Positions 51,230-64,000 of a DNA stretch of 64,000 nucleotides are shown here, piece after piece. Position 1 is the stretch's first letter; each line of letters starts with the position of its first letter. This stretch comes from Leptogorgia sarmentosa. Taxonomy: Eukaryota. The position numbers were made by a program, and so were the translations under genes. The notes below the pieces were generated by a model, which did no database searches, was not told where the DNA came from, and worked only from the letters and a program-made list of their open reading frames with translations. Where the stretch lies: contig OZ210885.1 of the NCBI GenBank assembly GCA_964658305.1, positions 7,936,001 through 8,000,000 on the forward strand, written 5' to 3'.

Positions 51230-54200
51230 GTACTGTATTATTAGCATTATTGCCGGATGCTCATCATGCCTTTAAATATGTTTCGCGCAGATCATTTTTG
51301 ATCTCCTGTAAGAAAACCCCCATGTGTGGAAAAAAATTCTCTTATTATTCATTTATTATTATTATTATCCAATTTGATCCATATACTACAACACAATTCA
51401 ATGCAATTCTAAATATGATCTTTGGAATTACATGGGGTCGTATCGCATGGGGCCTTGCATCATAGTGTACTTTGAAGCTTTACAAAGAAATCTAGTGTTT
51501 AATTGAAGACAGTGATTTATTTTTAGACCTTCATATAAGTGCAGAAATTAAATGCCTTGACAAATGCCTTTAAATTTTAATACCGTATTCAACATAATAT
51601 ACAGTATTGTACAACTAATATATGCTATCATATGCACAATATCAAGATTATTTACTTGAATTAGACTTCCAGTTCGAAATTTGTATTCAAAAATTCAATC
51701 ATTCAAAGGTCGAATAAAAGCGAATGTTTAACGCAATATTGCCAATTTTTTTGTCTTAGGCACGCAAAACTGATTGCCTTTCTCGATAGGGATATCAATC
51801 TTTCATGGGTAATACTAAAATATGTACATAATTTGAAAACTTTACAGGGTCATATTTTGTCGCAATTGACAACATTTCTCAACCAAACTTTACAGTTTTA
51901 CTAACTTTGGGATGCTCTTTAACGCTGTTGCTCTGAAATTCTTAAAAATTGTCTATTATGGAATTGGCCCATTCCCGATGAAAAAATCTACTTTACACAA
52001 AACGTCCAACCTGTTTGCATTGTTTAGGTAGTGGGTTTATGACATGTGCTGCTTGCTGATGTTGTTATCCCCTATCTACTACACTGGCCGCATATTGAAG
52101 TTTGGTAATAACGACGGCAGACCATGCTTATCAAATAATTTGTATGGACAGCAGGGCATGCTTTTTCATGTATCCTTCGTGCCAGGCGCATTAGGTGCGG
52201 TAAATTTATAGTGTTTGTGATACTCAAGATAAATTTTCTTCATTATTTCCAGACATTCTTGTTGATGGTCGTGACGCAAAACTAATTGCAGAAAGTATAG
52301 CTGAACTTTGCCGTTGTATCAAAAACTTAAATTTGAACGCCGACACAAAGGTTTGAGGAACTTTTGATGTTGCATTTAACAGCCATTGAATAAGTAGGAA
52401 GACGCTGTTAAAATTAATATGAGACATGTTTCAAATGCGAGCGAATGCAAATTCTCTTTTAGGAAAAAACTAGCCCTAGGACACCCCATTAAGCAAAACA
52501 ATTGGTAGATAACAATAACTTTTCCTTGCAAAATTTATTTCCTCTATTGATGTTTCAACGTTGAACTACAATTTTCTAAAAACTAGCAGACCTGCATGTC
52601 AAATTTCAATAGACCTTATGTATAATGACGAAAGGTTGTCGTGCACGGTTCTGGTTCTGGTGGTCGGGACGGAAACGTTCATTTGTTTTCATAGATTCCT
52701 GCTTTTACTACTAAAACCAGAATTGTCTGTATGCATCACACCTTGTGACGTGTTTATGGATAAGGTCATGTAGTTTATTTGTTGAAATGCCATGCAGTAT
52801 TTTACAAGCTACTGCTTTATAACTACAGGAACATTGTTTTATTCAATACAAATCCAAACTGAGCATATTCTTTGTTCTTTTGTGGAATGAGACCTAGAAA
52901 TGAAGTAAAACGAAACTTGAATTATGCCTTTTCAAAGAGAAATTTGAAATTATTTTTTTATGCTAACGCTTTGGCTATAATACTTCCGCGAAGATGATTG
53001 TAAATTTTTTTCGAAATAAATTTATATTTATATTTATCCCGTAACTTTTGAATTTGCTTTATAATCGATCAATAAGTCCCAAGAGCATGTAAGTTTTTTA
53101 ATTATACAACTTTCTGCTTCTCTTCTATGGCAATTTAAGATGTGATAGCTAAATATATCGCTTACTCAGCATTTTTGGAGCACATTGTGGGATAATGGGG
53201 CAATATTTCTAAAAAGAATATTACATGATGCTTCGAAATATAATTCCATTTCTAATGCTGACCAGAAAATTTCGCACATTCATACATGTATTGTTCTCTG
53301 AATAAAGAATTATTTGTATCTCTGTTGATATTTTAATCTTTAATGTTTATTCATATGAATATTTAATATAAATTGAAATATTTATAGCTCTTTATTTGTA
53401 TCTCTGCAGATGAATGCCGTGGTAGAGAAACTTGACAACATCCATTCAAAACTGGTCTGCAGAATTGAAAAACTTGAAAAATGTGTCGCGAAAAACTCGG
53501 AACAACTTGTCCATCAGTCGAAGGAACTTGGAGAACACTCAAAGGAACTTGAACAACACTCAGCAAAATTTGATCATCAGTCAAAGGAACTTGAACAACA
53601 CTCGGCAAAATTTGTCCATCAGTCGAAGGAACTTGGAGAACACTCAAAGGAACTGGAACAACACTCGGCAAAATTTGATCATCACTCAAAGGAACTTGGA
53701 GAACACTCAAAGGAACTTGAACAACAATCGGCAAAATTTGATCATCAGTCAAAGGAACTTGGAGAACACTCAAAGGAACTGGAACAACACTCGGCAAAGT
53801 TTGATCATCAGTCGAAGGAACTTGGAGAACACTCAAAGGAACTTGAACAACACTCGACAAAATTTGATCAACAGTCAACGGAACTTGGAGAACACTCAAA
53901 GCAGCTTGGAGAACACTCAAAGGAACTGGACCATCAGTCGAAGGAACTTGAACAACACTCGACAAAATTTGATCATCAGTCAAAGGAACTTGGAGAACAT
54001 TCAAAGGAACTGGACCATCAGTCGAAGGAACTTGAACAACACTCGAAGGAACTGGACCATCAGTCGAAGGAACTTGGAGAACACTCAAAGGAACTTGAAC
54101 AACATTCGGCAAAATTTGATCATCAGTCAAAGGAACTTGGAGAACATTCAAAGCAGCTTGGAGAACACTCAAAGGAACTGGAACAACACTCGGCAAAATT

Positions 54201-57200
54201 TGATCATCAGTCAAAGGAACTTGGAGAACACTCAGCAAAATTTGATCATCAGTCGAAGGAACTTGGAGAACATTCAAAGCAACTTGGAGAACACTCAGCA
54301 AAATTTGAAAATCATTCCAAGGAGCTTCAAAGCCATGCGGACAAAATTGAGAGCACTTTCAATGAGATTAAATGCTTACAGGAAAATGTCAACAAGACGG
54401 ACAGTCATCATGAGAAACAAAGAAATTATTCGCCACAAAAAGGTATCAATGTTAGAATGTGATTACGCGCCACAAATTAGCTAGCGAGAGTAATTGTAGG
54501 AGTATATTCGGATCTGTTGAGAAGCCACTTAATTTTATGTATGAATTAAGCAGTTACGTAGGTATATCAGTTAGACGTTTAGTATTTTAGCATTCAGTCA
54601 ATATTTGGTCCATCAGTAAGATAGTTGCGTAATATTCTCCAGTTTAACGTTTCTAAATTGGCACAGGTGTACAACGCAAAAAGTTGGGAAAGTGGCGTGT
54701 ATGCAATCAAAGAGACTTCGCGTGCAGTGTTTTGGCACAGGCAGATAACAGAATTTTCTTTAATATTTATTAAACTATTTTAATTTGACGATTTCACACA
54801 CGACAAATAATGCGAGGAAGCCATACGTGAAAAATTCTGAAGATTTAGCCAATCAGGGTGAAGTAATTTTGCCCTGAATGAGGAAATGTCCTCTTCATTA
54901 GTCATTCATCAGGTTTTATTAAATTTACCCTCTATATGATTATGGGAAAAAGTAGCCAGTTTGAGACAATAACAGAGAATGTGCATTTTTAAACGCAACG
55001 CCTTTTAAATACATACAGCCCCCCTCCTGATAAAACGCCACCATTGAAAATAATCTATAACAACAATTTCGATAGCTATTAAGAAATTTTTAACAATTTG
55101 TACACCCTTGGGTTAAACTTATAGTACAAGGCACGGAGGCATTGTAATTCTAACAATAGATTGTTTTCAATGGTAGCGTTTTCAATTGTTTGGGACGCCC
55201 AGTAGATTGACACGATACAGCGTTAGCAAATGGGTGTGCCAGCTATATATGTAATTAATTGTCCATTCGTTACGCACACAAAAGTGGGTCTACTAATACA
55301 GCATCAATTCTTATTTTATATGTTAGTTGCCCATGGTTTGCGCAGTCTACCTCGTGACATGGTGGAGAGACCGTCAGAAGTGAACGAGATATTAAGGTTA
55401 CTTGCGGATGGAAATAATAGAGTTGGTGTGGTTGGGAATCGTGGGGGCGACGTCGTTGGTATCCGTGGTATGGGGGGTCTGGGTAAGACCATCTTAGCTC
55501 TGGCAGTTGCTTGGGCTGCCAAAGAATCTCGTCAAGTAATATGGCTTGACATTGGAGAAACTCCAGACTGTCTAGCGCTGATTAACCTCTTCATAAAAGA
55601 CATTGGTGGAGAAATGACATTCCCTGATATCCGTGCCGCGCAAGGCTGGATAAAAGCAAATACGGTATGTGCGCATTTCCCAGGGTTTATACAATACTGG
55701 TTGCCACGATGTAACAAGAAAACCGTTCTCAAAAGATACCCATAGGGCTAATTTACTTTATCCCCGTAAACGGCAGCGTAGCGGAGTATGTAGGGCTCAG
55801 ATTCGGCGCCGCCGTTTTGGGCTATCGTGAATGGTCATCACTGATCTCAAAAATATGGCGGACAATCATGAAGAGCCGAAGCTTTTTAAAGCCTTTGGAA
55901 AGGCGAAAACAAAGACAAGATCTGCGCTGTAAGATTTAAGGTCGCCGTAGCCGCATTTAATCCACTCACGATTTTATTCCAGAGTATAAGTTCATGTTTT
56001 TAAAAGCAAAACTTCACAAAATATTTACAAATTTTATCCCAAAAGAACACGAGCGAACACTGGCTGGAAATTGTTTGATATCAAAGACTGACTTGAATAT
56101 TTAAATGGAAAATTTCATGCAAATAAATGCAGTATTTCGCAGCAAATTCAAGTTTATATTAGTCCTAATATCGTACGGATAGCAATTAATGATTCTCCAA
56201 ATTAAAAAAAGCGCCAATAAAACAAAGATATAAAAGCTAATATTTTGACTGTTTTCAAAAAAATACAGAAATATGAATTGCGGATCGCGTTGCCATAAAA
56301 CAACCTCAGGCGGCTCTGTCGTACTTCATGTTCCAAATATATAGTTGCATTTTTTTGCAACTTCTAAAAAAAGGCGAGGGGTTGCTGCATATACGTATTT
56401 CTATTTTCCAGCATAAACTTTCATTGATCCCGATTCTTTTACCACGTTTCTGTCATGAAAGTTGGTGAGGGTCGTCCTTCTGATTCAGAAGCCACGTTTA
56501 CTCTGCTCCTGCTTTGCCGTAATTAATTTTACCCTTTCAGTAAACAACTCGAAAAGTATCAACTGATGCGACGATAACGTAGATTTCTATGTATTGCAGA
56601 GTGACAAAGATTGCTTGGTGATTCTTGATGATGTTTGGAATGTAAACCACGCTTCTGTGTTTGATCATCTCTCTGGAAAATGCCAATTATTAATAACTAC
56701 CAGAGATTCGGAAGTTGTGCGCGGTTTACAAGGTTCTGCTTTGTACACACTCAAATTTTTAAAACGGGATGATTCTTACAAGCTCTTGTATCAAACTGCC
56801 CGAGTCACCGGGGACGAGCAGTCTAAGTTTAGTTCAAACATGCGGCAAATTATAGAGGAACTGTTAAACCATTGTGGCGATCTACCGCTAGCTCTGTCCC
56901 TAGTGGGTTCAAGTTTAGCTGACACTCGCGATGAACAAGACTGGGAGGACGTTTTAAATGACCTAAAAACAGCAGACTTGGTAAAATTACGTTCAATATA
57001 TCCTGCCAACGCTTATCCTTACGATAACGTCTTAACAGCCATTAACGCCAGCTTTCAACATTTGGACGAAGAAATACGAGAAAAGTTTCTAGATTTCGCT
57101 TTATTTCAAGAAGATACGGATGTACCATCAGACATTCTTGAGCTGTTTTGGTCTTCCAAAGTAGCCGGGAGAACTTCTTGTAAAGATCGTGAAGCAAGGG

Positions 57201-60200
57201 GTATACTTGATGAGCTTGAAAAGAAGTCGATGATTCAAAAAGGTAAATGAAGGCAGGGTGCATAATAATAGACAAAAATATATCGCTACAGTTGGAAACA
57301 GCGTGTAAAAATTACTATAACTGCAAAGTAGAAGAAATATCATAAAATGGGAATATCATTGCCAGACACAGTTCGCTCATTGTGTGTACATTGTATCAGT
57401 GCGAACAAAATTATATCCATTTCAGACGATAATGGGTATTGTTATATAGTGGTGTCAAAAGTTCCTGTTTGCTGATTGGACAAAACCGTATCACGTGCCG
57501 GTCCACATAACGTCATGTTCGCAACCGGTCAAAAATCAAAAAATTATTGACCGGGCAACAATTAAATGGGCATAATGCACATGCGCGTCAACCGTGAAGT
57601 CCAAAGTTCATTCAATCGTACGATGTTTTTAAATTTATTGAACATGTACGGCGTAAGGCGTCCCATTTAATGTCTGTTTTTTGGTTTCAAAGTTAACTCC
57701 AGTATTAAACCGGTGAATTCATTCATATTTTGACAATAAACTATACAACAAAACACTTATTTACTGAAAGCTCGAGAAAAAATTGTGATTTGTGGCCCCT
57801 CGACCGCCATTGTTGCCGGCAGTCTCGGGGCCACAAAACACAATGTTTCCCTCGGTCTCAGTAAATAAGTGATAATTAAATCACTTCTGCGTTATAAATA
57901 GTATGTAAATTGTGCCAAATTTGAATGGGCACAATTTCCCCATTTTATGATTTTTATTCTTCAAACTTTGCTTTCATACTATTTTCAGCATGTTGTTTCC
58001 AACTGTGATGTTAGTTTTGTGCTTGTTGTCTTATTTGTAGACTTTTGCGATCGCTAAATTTGTCTGTTGCTTCCTGCACCATAATCAAATGAAATTCACG
58101 AAAACGACGGTTTTTTTACTACAGCTCCTTTGCCAAAACTTTATATTAACTGTGAACAAGTTGTTAGGCTGAACATTTCATCGAACCAATGTCAAATAGA
58201 AAAATAAATTTTCGTATGTGGGCAAGCCAAATTTGCCCGTTCATTTGCCCAATATTTTCAGTGTTTTCCGCTGACATTCCTAGATGAGCAACTAATCGAC
58301 TTGAAGGGAAAATACTTCCATCTCCCTGGGGTATGCTAAATCCGAAAAATTGTTGTACTATAGCCTGCCTGCGGCCCCAGATTGCTGTACTGTCCTGCAA
58401 CAAAGAATACTCAAAGTGAATGGTCTAAATATAATTTTCAGGATCTGGTATCCATGGAAAGAAGAGCTATCGTCTCCACGATCTCCTTTTGGGTTTTGCA
58501 CGTGCAAAACTAGGAGAAAAACTAAGTTATGTCCAGTGTTTGTTCGTGGAGGCACTTCGTGGTCATTGCGAGAACGGTGATTGGGGGAAATTTGAAGGCA
58601 ACAAGGATTATTATTTCAAGTATCTGACCTATCACCTCCACTCCTCGAAGCAATTTGATGAACTACATAAACTGTTCTTCAATTTTATCTGGCTTCATGA
58701 AAAGGTGAATCAATTCGATCTCCCCTCCTTAATATCAGATTTTCGTTTTCTGGGCCCTCCTTCGATAGAAATCGAACTGCTCAAGACGTCGTTGATGCTG
58801 TCTTCGACGGTTATCGAGAAGAATTTGCATTCTATTGGTCCACAGCTGTTAGGTAATTACTTTTTTTCTTTGCTAAATTTTGTTTCACTGCCTACACGAT
58901 ACGATAAGATTCCACATTTTTTCCAAGGCTTTCGAAAACTGGTGTATCAAATCCATCCGATTGGTTTTTACTTGGTATCCATATATTCACTAATATAAAA
59001 ACCCTTGTGTTTTCCCCCGACCCAACTACTAATTAACGACTAAGGGTCTTTGCTCGATACGTCGAAACGGCTACCAGCACTACCCAAGTACGGTTGCATG
59101 TAGATGAATGGCAATTGTTTTGGATTGTTACCACACTATATAACGCGAAGTATTACTTCATGAATGTTATGCCTATCTTTATAAATACTCCATTAGGCAT
59201 GCTATCCGAAAAGAAAGATTCTCTATTGTTAACCAGCTAGTTCGTATGTATACGCGGTTCTTACATATGATGCGTCTCCATGGGTAATACACGCCCATGA
59301 TCACTGTCATTCACCCACACCATATATTATTGGAGATTGGAATCAAATTCAGTTAGACATTAAATAATCAATAATATTAAGAATTTACAAAACTGTAGGA
59401 AGTAACGCTCTGTTCCATTGGAGTAAAGTATTTTTTGGTGTTAAGCATGAGATCGGTGCTTTGCAAATTCACAGAACTTTAACAGTCTTTCTACTTTTGT
59501 TTTGCGAAGCGATGTTTTATGCTTTCTGGCATTGTAAAAAGGGCGTCAATGGACCGCTTACATAATAGAGAAAATTTTCAAAAACCTCGAAATAATATGC
59601 AATTCAAAATAACAGCGTTAAAGAGCATTCCAAAGTTAGTAAGATTGCGGAGTTTGGTTGCGAAATGGTATTAAATGCGAGGAATATACCCCTGTGAAGT
59701 TTTAAGTATTACGCAGACAAAATCAGCTAAAATTGATACCCTTTTCACGACAAGGGTATAAATTTGCCGCACAGAATGGTTGAAACTCTCAATCCCAGGA
59801 AAATACATTTTGTAGCATGTAATAAAATGGATTTATGCGTTTATTAAGCGCGAGACAAAACAAACGAAATCATATATAGTTTCAAGTATTCTGTTTTGAA
59901 CCTACACACATACCGATCATACACTATAGCGTCCAGGCAAATGCTGCATGAATGGACAGAACATAGTGTATATAAATATATTATTAAAATATGGTTTTGA
60001 AAAGAGTAAATTTGGTTTTTAGAAAGCCACATGTTTCACAAACAATCGCAAAGCGCTGTCTCTATTTTAAAGACCCAATGACATGCGATATCATATGTCG
60101 TCAAGTTTCAACTCCTTATGCAATTTGATATGATCGCGCGAATTCCGGAATGCGAGATAGTCATGAAAGCTTATATGAAGTATTGAATAACGTTTTAACC

Positions 60201-62935
60201 ACGCCCAACCTCACGTCTTAAAATGTATTAGTATTTGCAACATTATCAATTTCAGAATGCTATCAGTAAAATTTCAGAACCAGCTCAATTTTTCGTTCGT
60301 ACCAGTGAATTATTTAAAAACGAAAGAATACAAGTAATGGACAGTTATGTATCAAATCAAGTGGATAATAATGAAGAGGAGTGGTCGGAAATTACTTCCA
60401 TGGATGGAATGAACACTTCAGAAAATGTGAACGCTCACGGTCAAGAAGTAGTTGAGAAAATGACTTGATTGATGATGATACAGATGATGAGTGGTGTGCA
60501 GCGACTGAACGGTCATCAGGTCTTATGGATACATTATTACAAGAAACCGACATTATCCAAGATGGTGACAGAATAATAAGGTTTGCACCAAGAGAAGGAA
60601 AGCCTGTTCATTATAGCACTATATGTAAATGGGAATTGCGAAGCAGAGATAGAAGACTCGCGCAGTCTGTCCCAAACATTTTTAACGAACTAAAGAAATT
60701 TCAGATCAGGCAATTTCAAGGAAGTGCAAGTTATCATTGCGTAACTGTAAAACTAAAGTTAAAATTTTAAAATCAGAAATTTGTGTCAACAAGTTAATAA
60801 ATTTGGCTGAAGGATTTGGAGTTTTAAGAAATTTACGCGGATCACCTCCATACTTTGAAAGGTGTGAAAAAGATCTATTTGCCATGATTCGTCTGCTTGG
60901 TAATGCTATACGTGGTTCTGTTCATTTTCAGCAGCTGAAACACAGTGGATTCATTTGACTGAAATTCTTGGTCGTCTTATAGACAATAAAGATTCTACTA
61001 ACGACGAAATTAAACAACTGACATCCAGGTGATCTCGTATTCGTGTTTCAGCCAATCAGCGCTCAGAAAGGGTTGCCCGAATAGAAATCCATTTTGCTAT
61101 ATTCACACGATTATATCTTTCGTTATTCTGTACGAAACTACTTGAAATTTTGTAATTATGTTTGGTTATGAGAACCATAGCTCTGACAAAAATATCGAAT
61201 CGAAATAAAGTATATTATGAGAGATATTCAGTTGTTTCAGTCAAAAAATGGATTTCTATTTGACATCTAGTCCCAGTCCTTTTCCGTGTATCGAGATCAC
61301 CTGGATGGCAGAAGAAATCTGAACTGATACAGAAAGATCCAGTCACATGTGCAATTATTCATTCACAACTTTATTAAAAGCTCAAGTCATCCAGTTGGAG
61401 AAGTTGTTGACTTCTTCTATCGCGTTGAATTTCCGCCCGGCAAAGAGGTTCTCCACATATCCACGGCTTATTCTGGATAAAAAATGTTCCTGAGTATGGT
61501 AAAGATAGTGATGAAGATGTTGCTGAGTTTGTCGATAGTTATGTTTCATGTAAAGTTGACTCAGATGATTTAACTGATATCGTAAATTTACAAAGGCATA
61601 AACACTCTAAAACGTGTAAGAAGAGAGGTCAGGCTGTTTACAGATTTAATTTTCCGTTACCACCAATGCCAAAAACCATGATTTTAGAGCCTTCATCTGA
61701 GACTGATCTTGACGAAAATGTCGCAGCCATATTAAGGAAAGCTTTAGAACGAATACCTGCCTTATATAGACTCCATCAAGGCAGATGAAACCATGACATC
61801 AATTTTGTTGAATTTTGTCAAAGCTAAGTCTATCAGAACAGCAGTATATAAAAGCTATAAGGCTACCTGTTATGCAGTATTTCATCTGTAAATTCAACTA
61901 TCAACTGTCAGCCACCGATGATCAGATAAGAGAACTATAGCACGATCGTAAATATCTCTGTGATCTCAACTTCCCGAAAATGACTATATACAATGAAAAC
62001 TTCCAAGATTTTTTGAAGACACGACCGAAGAAGGATTATTCTTCCCAGAGCTGAAGTCGATATTTATGGACTTTATGCATAATAGCACATGTTGCATATC
62101 CTTCCCGTCGTAAAGAACAATGCTAACTTAACCAAGAAGACATGCATACTATACTCTGTTAATCGTTGGTTCTGATGACAATAATTGTAACTAGCAATTA
62201 ACTAAGCATGACAACTGCTGTATATAGCAGAATTAAGCCTTAATTATCAGTGTAACATTTGCGGAACTAAATCATTTCATAAATACTCGTTCCATTATCA
62301 TAAAATAAATTACTCATCTTTTTACTGTCACAATATAAAACAGAATACAACATCATTTCAACAATTGCAAAGCTTTCAAAAACGTTTTTTTCAGTGTCTC
62401 ATTTTCAAACTTTGATATTACTTTATGTCCCCTTTATATGAAAGTCACTGAAGGGGAACGAACATTTTGTTAAAACAATCAAAAACTTCCATTAGAAATT
62501 AGAAAAGAACTCATATGATGAATTTTAAGAACCTATTACGTTAATAATCAAGAAACCGATATATGCATAGTATAATCAGATAGGCCCCTAATTTTTTCCC
62601 GGTCAAAAATTGTCTTCGTCTTTAAATGCTTTTTAAATTTTCTGAATTTGTTACGTGCGCTAATACTGTTGTGTACTTTTGTTTTCCAGGTAGGCTGCTA
62701 TCTTATGAAGAGTATCCGGGCATAAAGACGCTATTAGAGCATCTCCGTGCAACATGCACGGAGACTTGCCGTCTTATACCGGAATTCTCATGTTTAGATC
62801 TTGGAGGCCCTGAGATCTTTCGAAAAACGTTTGATTCAAGGGTATGGTCATTAGCGACGTCCAATACTACATCCGCTACTCTTGTCATTTGTGGTTTAGA
62901 GAATGGTTCAATCACAATCTTTGATCTTGACACAG
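50619..62935 (+). CDS. Gene B (partial span): paralogous HEPN - long coiled coil - NB-ARC - helical - WD40 protein, continues beyond the window
   Basis: Exons 50619-51229, 52253-52350, 53410-54442, 55327-55664, 56600-57242, 58442-58852, 62690-62935. Intron phases are the same as in gene A, and the last four exons have identical lengths (338, 643, 411, 246 nt). Confidence 0.88.
52253..52350 (+). CDS. Gene B small linker exon (DILVDGRDAKLIAESIAELCRCIKNLNLNADTK)
   Basis: ttccag acceptor, AAG|gtttga donor, phase 1 to 0; homologous to A 26294-26200. Confidence 0.8.
53410..54442 (+). CDS. Gene B expanded coiled-coil exon with about 40 heptad repeats
   Basis: ctgcag|ATGAATGCC; reads MNAVVEKLDNIHSK...([H/Q]SKELGE / HSKELEQ / HSAKFDH)n...SPQK; donor G|gtatca; 1033 nt versus 184 nt in gene A, same phases. 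Confidence 0.85.
53515..54354 (+). repeat. Coding minisatellite, 21-nt unit (higher-order 63-nt unit), about 40 copies
   Basis: Units such as cactcaaaggaacttggagaa, cactcaaaggaacttgaacaa and cactcggcaaaatttgatcat repeat with no frameshift. Confidence 0.95.
55327..55664 (+). CDS. Gene B NB-ARC exon 1 (Walker A)
   Basis: GIRGMGGLGKT; tgttag acceptor and ACG|gtatgt donor. Confidence 0.92.
56600..57242 (+). CDS. Gene B NB-ARC exon 2
   Basis: LVILDDVW, LLITTR, CGDLPLAL; ttgcag acceptor and G|gtaaat donor. Confidence 0.93.
57441..57876. mobile_element. Insertion of about 435 bp specific to a gene B intron, with a subterminal hairpin
   Basis: Absent from the homologous A intron (about 20165-20185); contains the inverted repeat cacttatttactga...tcagtaaataagtg. 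Confidence 0.7.
58442..58852 (+). CDS. Gene B exon: LHD motif and APAF-1-type helical domain
   Basis: GSGIHGKKSYRLHDLLLGFA...GPQLL; tttcag acceptor and G|gtaatt donor. Confidence 0.9.
60170..61870 (+). mobile_element. Degenerate Helitron Rep-domain fragment
   Basis: Frameshifted peptides HYSTICKWELRSRDRR, LRNLRGSPPYFERCEKDLFAMIR, WFCSFSAAE, FFYRVEF..RGSPHIHGLFWI (HUH motif) and QRHKHSKTCKK. Absent from the paralogous A intron. Confidence 0.85.
61025..61304. mobile_element. 280-bp MITE inserted in the Helitron ORF, 2-bp AT TSD
   Basis: CCAGGTGATCTCG...CGAGATCACCTGG TIR; removing it and one AT restores CAA CTG ACA TGG CAG AAG (QLTWQK). Confidence 0.85.
62690..62935 (+). CDS. Gene B exon: helical domain end and first WD40 repeat
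   Basis: GRLLSYEEYPGIKTLL...ENGSITIFDLDT; ttccag acceptor and G|gtaggt donor. Confidence 0.88.
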
Positions 62936-63408
62936 GTAGGTAACCGTGTAGTAAGGTATACTATGGATAAACTAATGGCAAGGTTTGGGGTTTTCAATAG
63001 TTTTTTTTCTTTTGACCGATCGCCAGTCCGGAAAAGGGATAAAATACAGATTCAATGCCGCCTCTGCTTGTAATTGTAATTATATGTGCAACCATATCCT
63101 CACTCTTGAGCGGCTGCGCGATATACGTGTATAAAAAACTGAGCAAATTTGAAATCGCTCTCAATTTTGCAAAGCCACTCGGGTGACGTAATTAATTAAC
63201 AAAACTTTGCAGTGCAAAATCACCCCTTGTCAAGAAACGTTGTACGAGCCTTCTGCTTCAATTCTTTTTGTTAGCGCTGATAATGAATTAACTAGATAAA
63301 AAGTTTAATAAAATACATGTTTAACTTACCAGCTGTCACATGTACAGTAGTTGATTACATCGAAAATTTCCGGCGCTATAATCTCATGGAGCTCACTGGC
63401 CACTGGCC

Positions 63409-63582
63409 CAGGGCCGTCGCTAGAACGTTAATTGGGGGGGGTGCATATTCATATTTTGGCGTTCTGCCGACTGATTTCTTTTGAAATCAGTTGTTTATGA
63501 ATTAATTTCTAAAGAAATCAGTCGGCAGAACGCCAAAATATGAATATGCACCCCCCCAATTAACGTTCTAGCGACGGCCCTG
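63409..63582. mobile_element. Young palindromic hAT-type MITE (174 bp), TSD CACTGGCC
   Basis: Near-perfect arms of about 70 bp; perfect 8-bp TSD; empty site present in paralog A at about 16201-16225. Confidence 0.93.
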
Positions 63583-63608
63583 CACTGGCCTCAGGGCTCG
63601 TCCCATTA

Positions 63609-64000
63609 CACTGCAAAAAATCCCTGAGTATTTTGACTCAAATTTCTGAGTAAAACGATGCACCCACAGTGATCCAAATTGTTGAGCAAAATTTACTCAA
63701 AATAAGAGTACTTGTACTCAAAATGTTGAGTAAAATTGACTCAAGTAAGATGCACCCACAGTGACTTAACATCTTGAGTAAAACTACAATTTACTCAAAC
63801 TTATGAGTAATTCTGACTCAAAATGTTGAGTAAAATTGACTCACGCAAAATGCACCCACAGTGACTCAACATCTTGAGTAAAACTACAATTTACTCAAAC
63901 TTAAGAGTAATTTGACTCAAAATGTTGAGAAAAATTGACTCAAGTAAGATGCACCCACAGTGACTCAACATCTTGAGTAAAACTACAATTTACTCAAACT
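63609..64000 (+). mobile_element. Left end of a CACTG-terminated (EnSpm/CACTA-like) element with internal tandem repeats
   Basis: ta|CACTGCAAAAAA terminus at the point where similarity to paralog A stops; repeated tgcacccacagtgactcaacatcttgagtaaaactacaatttactcaaact with a period of about 100 bp; truncated by the window edge. Confidence 0.65.

Noticed and set aside
53363..54484. Overlapping long ORFs in another + frame (Asn/Arg-rich) and on the - strand (Val/Gln/Pro-rich)
   Set aside because: These are by-products of a stop-free 21-nt repeat; only the 53410 frame matches the splice phases and paralog A.

Overview
AT-rich eukaryotic (animal) genomic DNA with GT-AG spliceosomal introns. The repeat content and gene family suggest a cnidarian or similar marine invertebrate (inference only). 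The window holds two divergently transcribed paralogous APAF1-like STAND genes about 22.7 kb apart. Gene A is on the minus strand: 12 phase-consistent coding exons from 27914 down to 3289, about 1173 aa reconstructed, 3' end unresolved. Gene B is on the plus strand: 7 exons from 50619 to 62935, running off the window. Both encode an N-terminal HEPN-like domain with an intact RNPWAH (R-x4-H) motif where APAF-1 has a CARD, then a coiled coil, an NB-ARC NTPase (GMGGLGKT, LVILDDVW, LITTR, GDLPLAL, LHD), an APAF-1-type helical domain and WD40 repeats. In gene B the coiled-coil exon has expanded by about 40 His-rich heptads. Introns and intergenic DNA are full of mobile elements: nested MITEs with TSDs, and remnants of Helitron, RLE-type LINE, Crypton-like and Penelope-like elements, the last with a minimal hammerhead ribozyme. 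There are also local duplications and minisatellites. All exon boundaries were read by eye, and no database searches were run.
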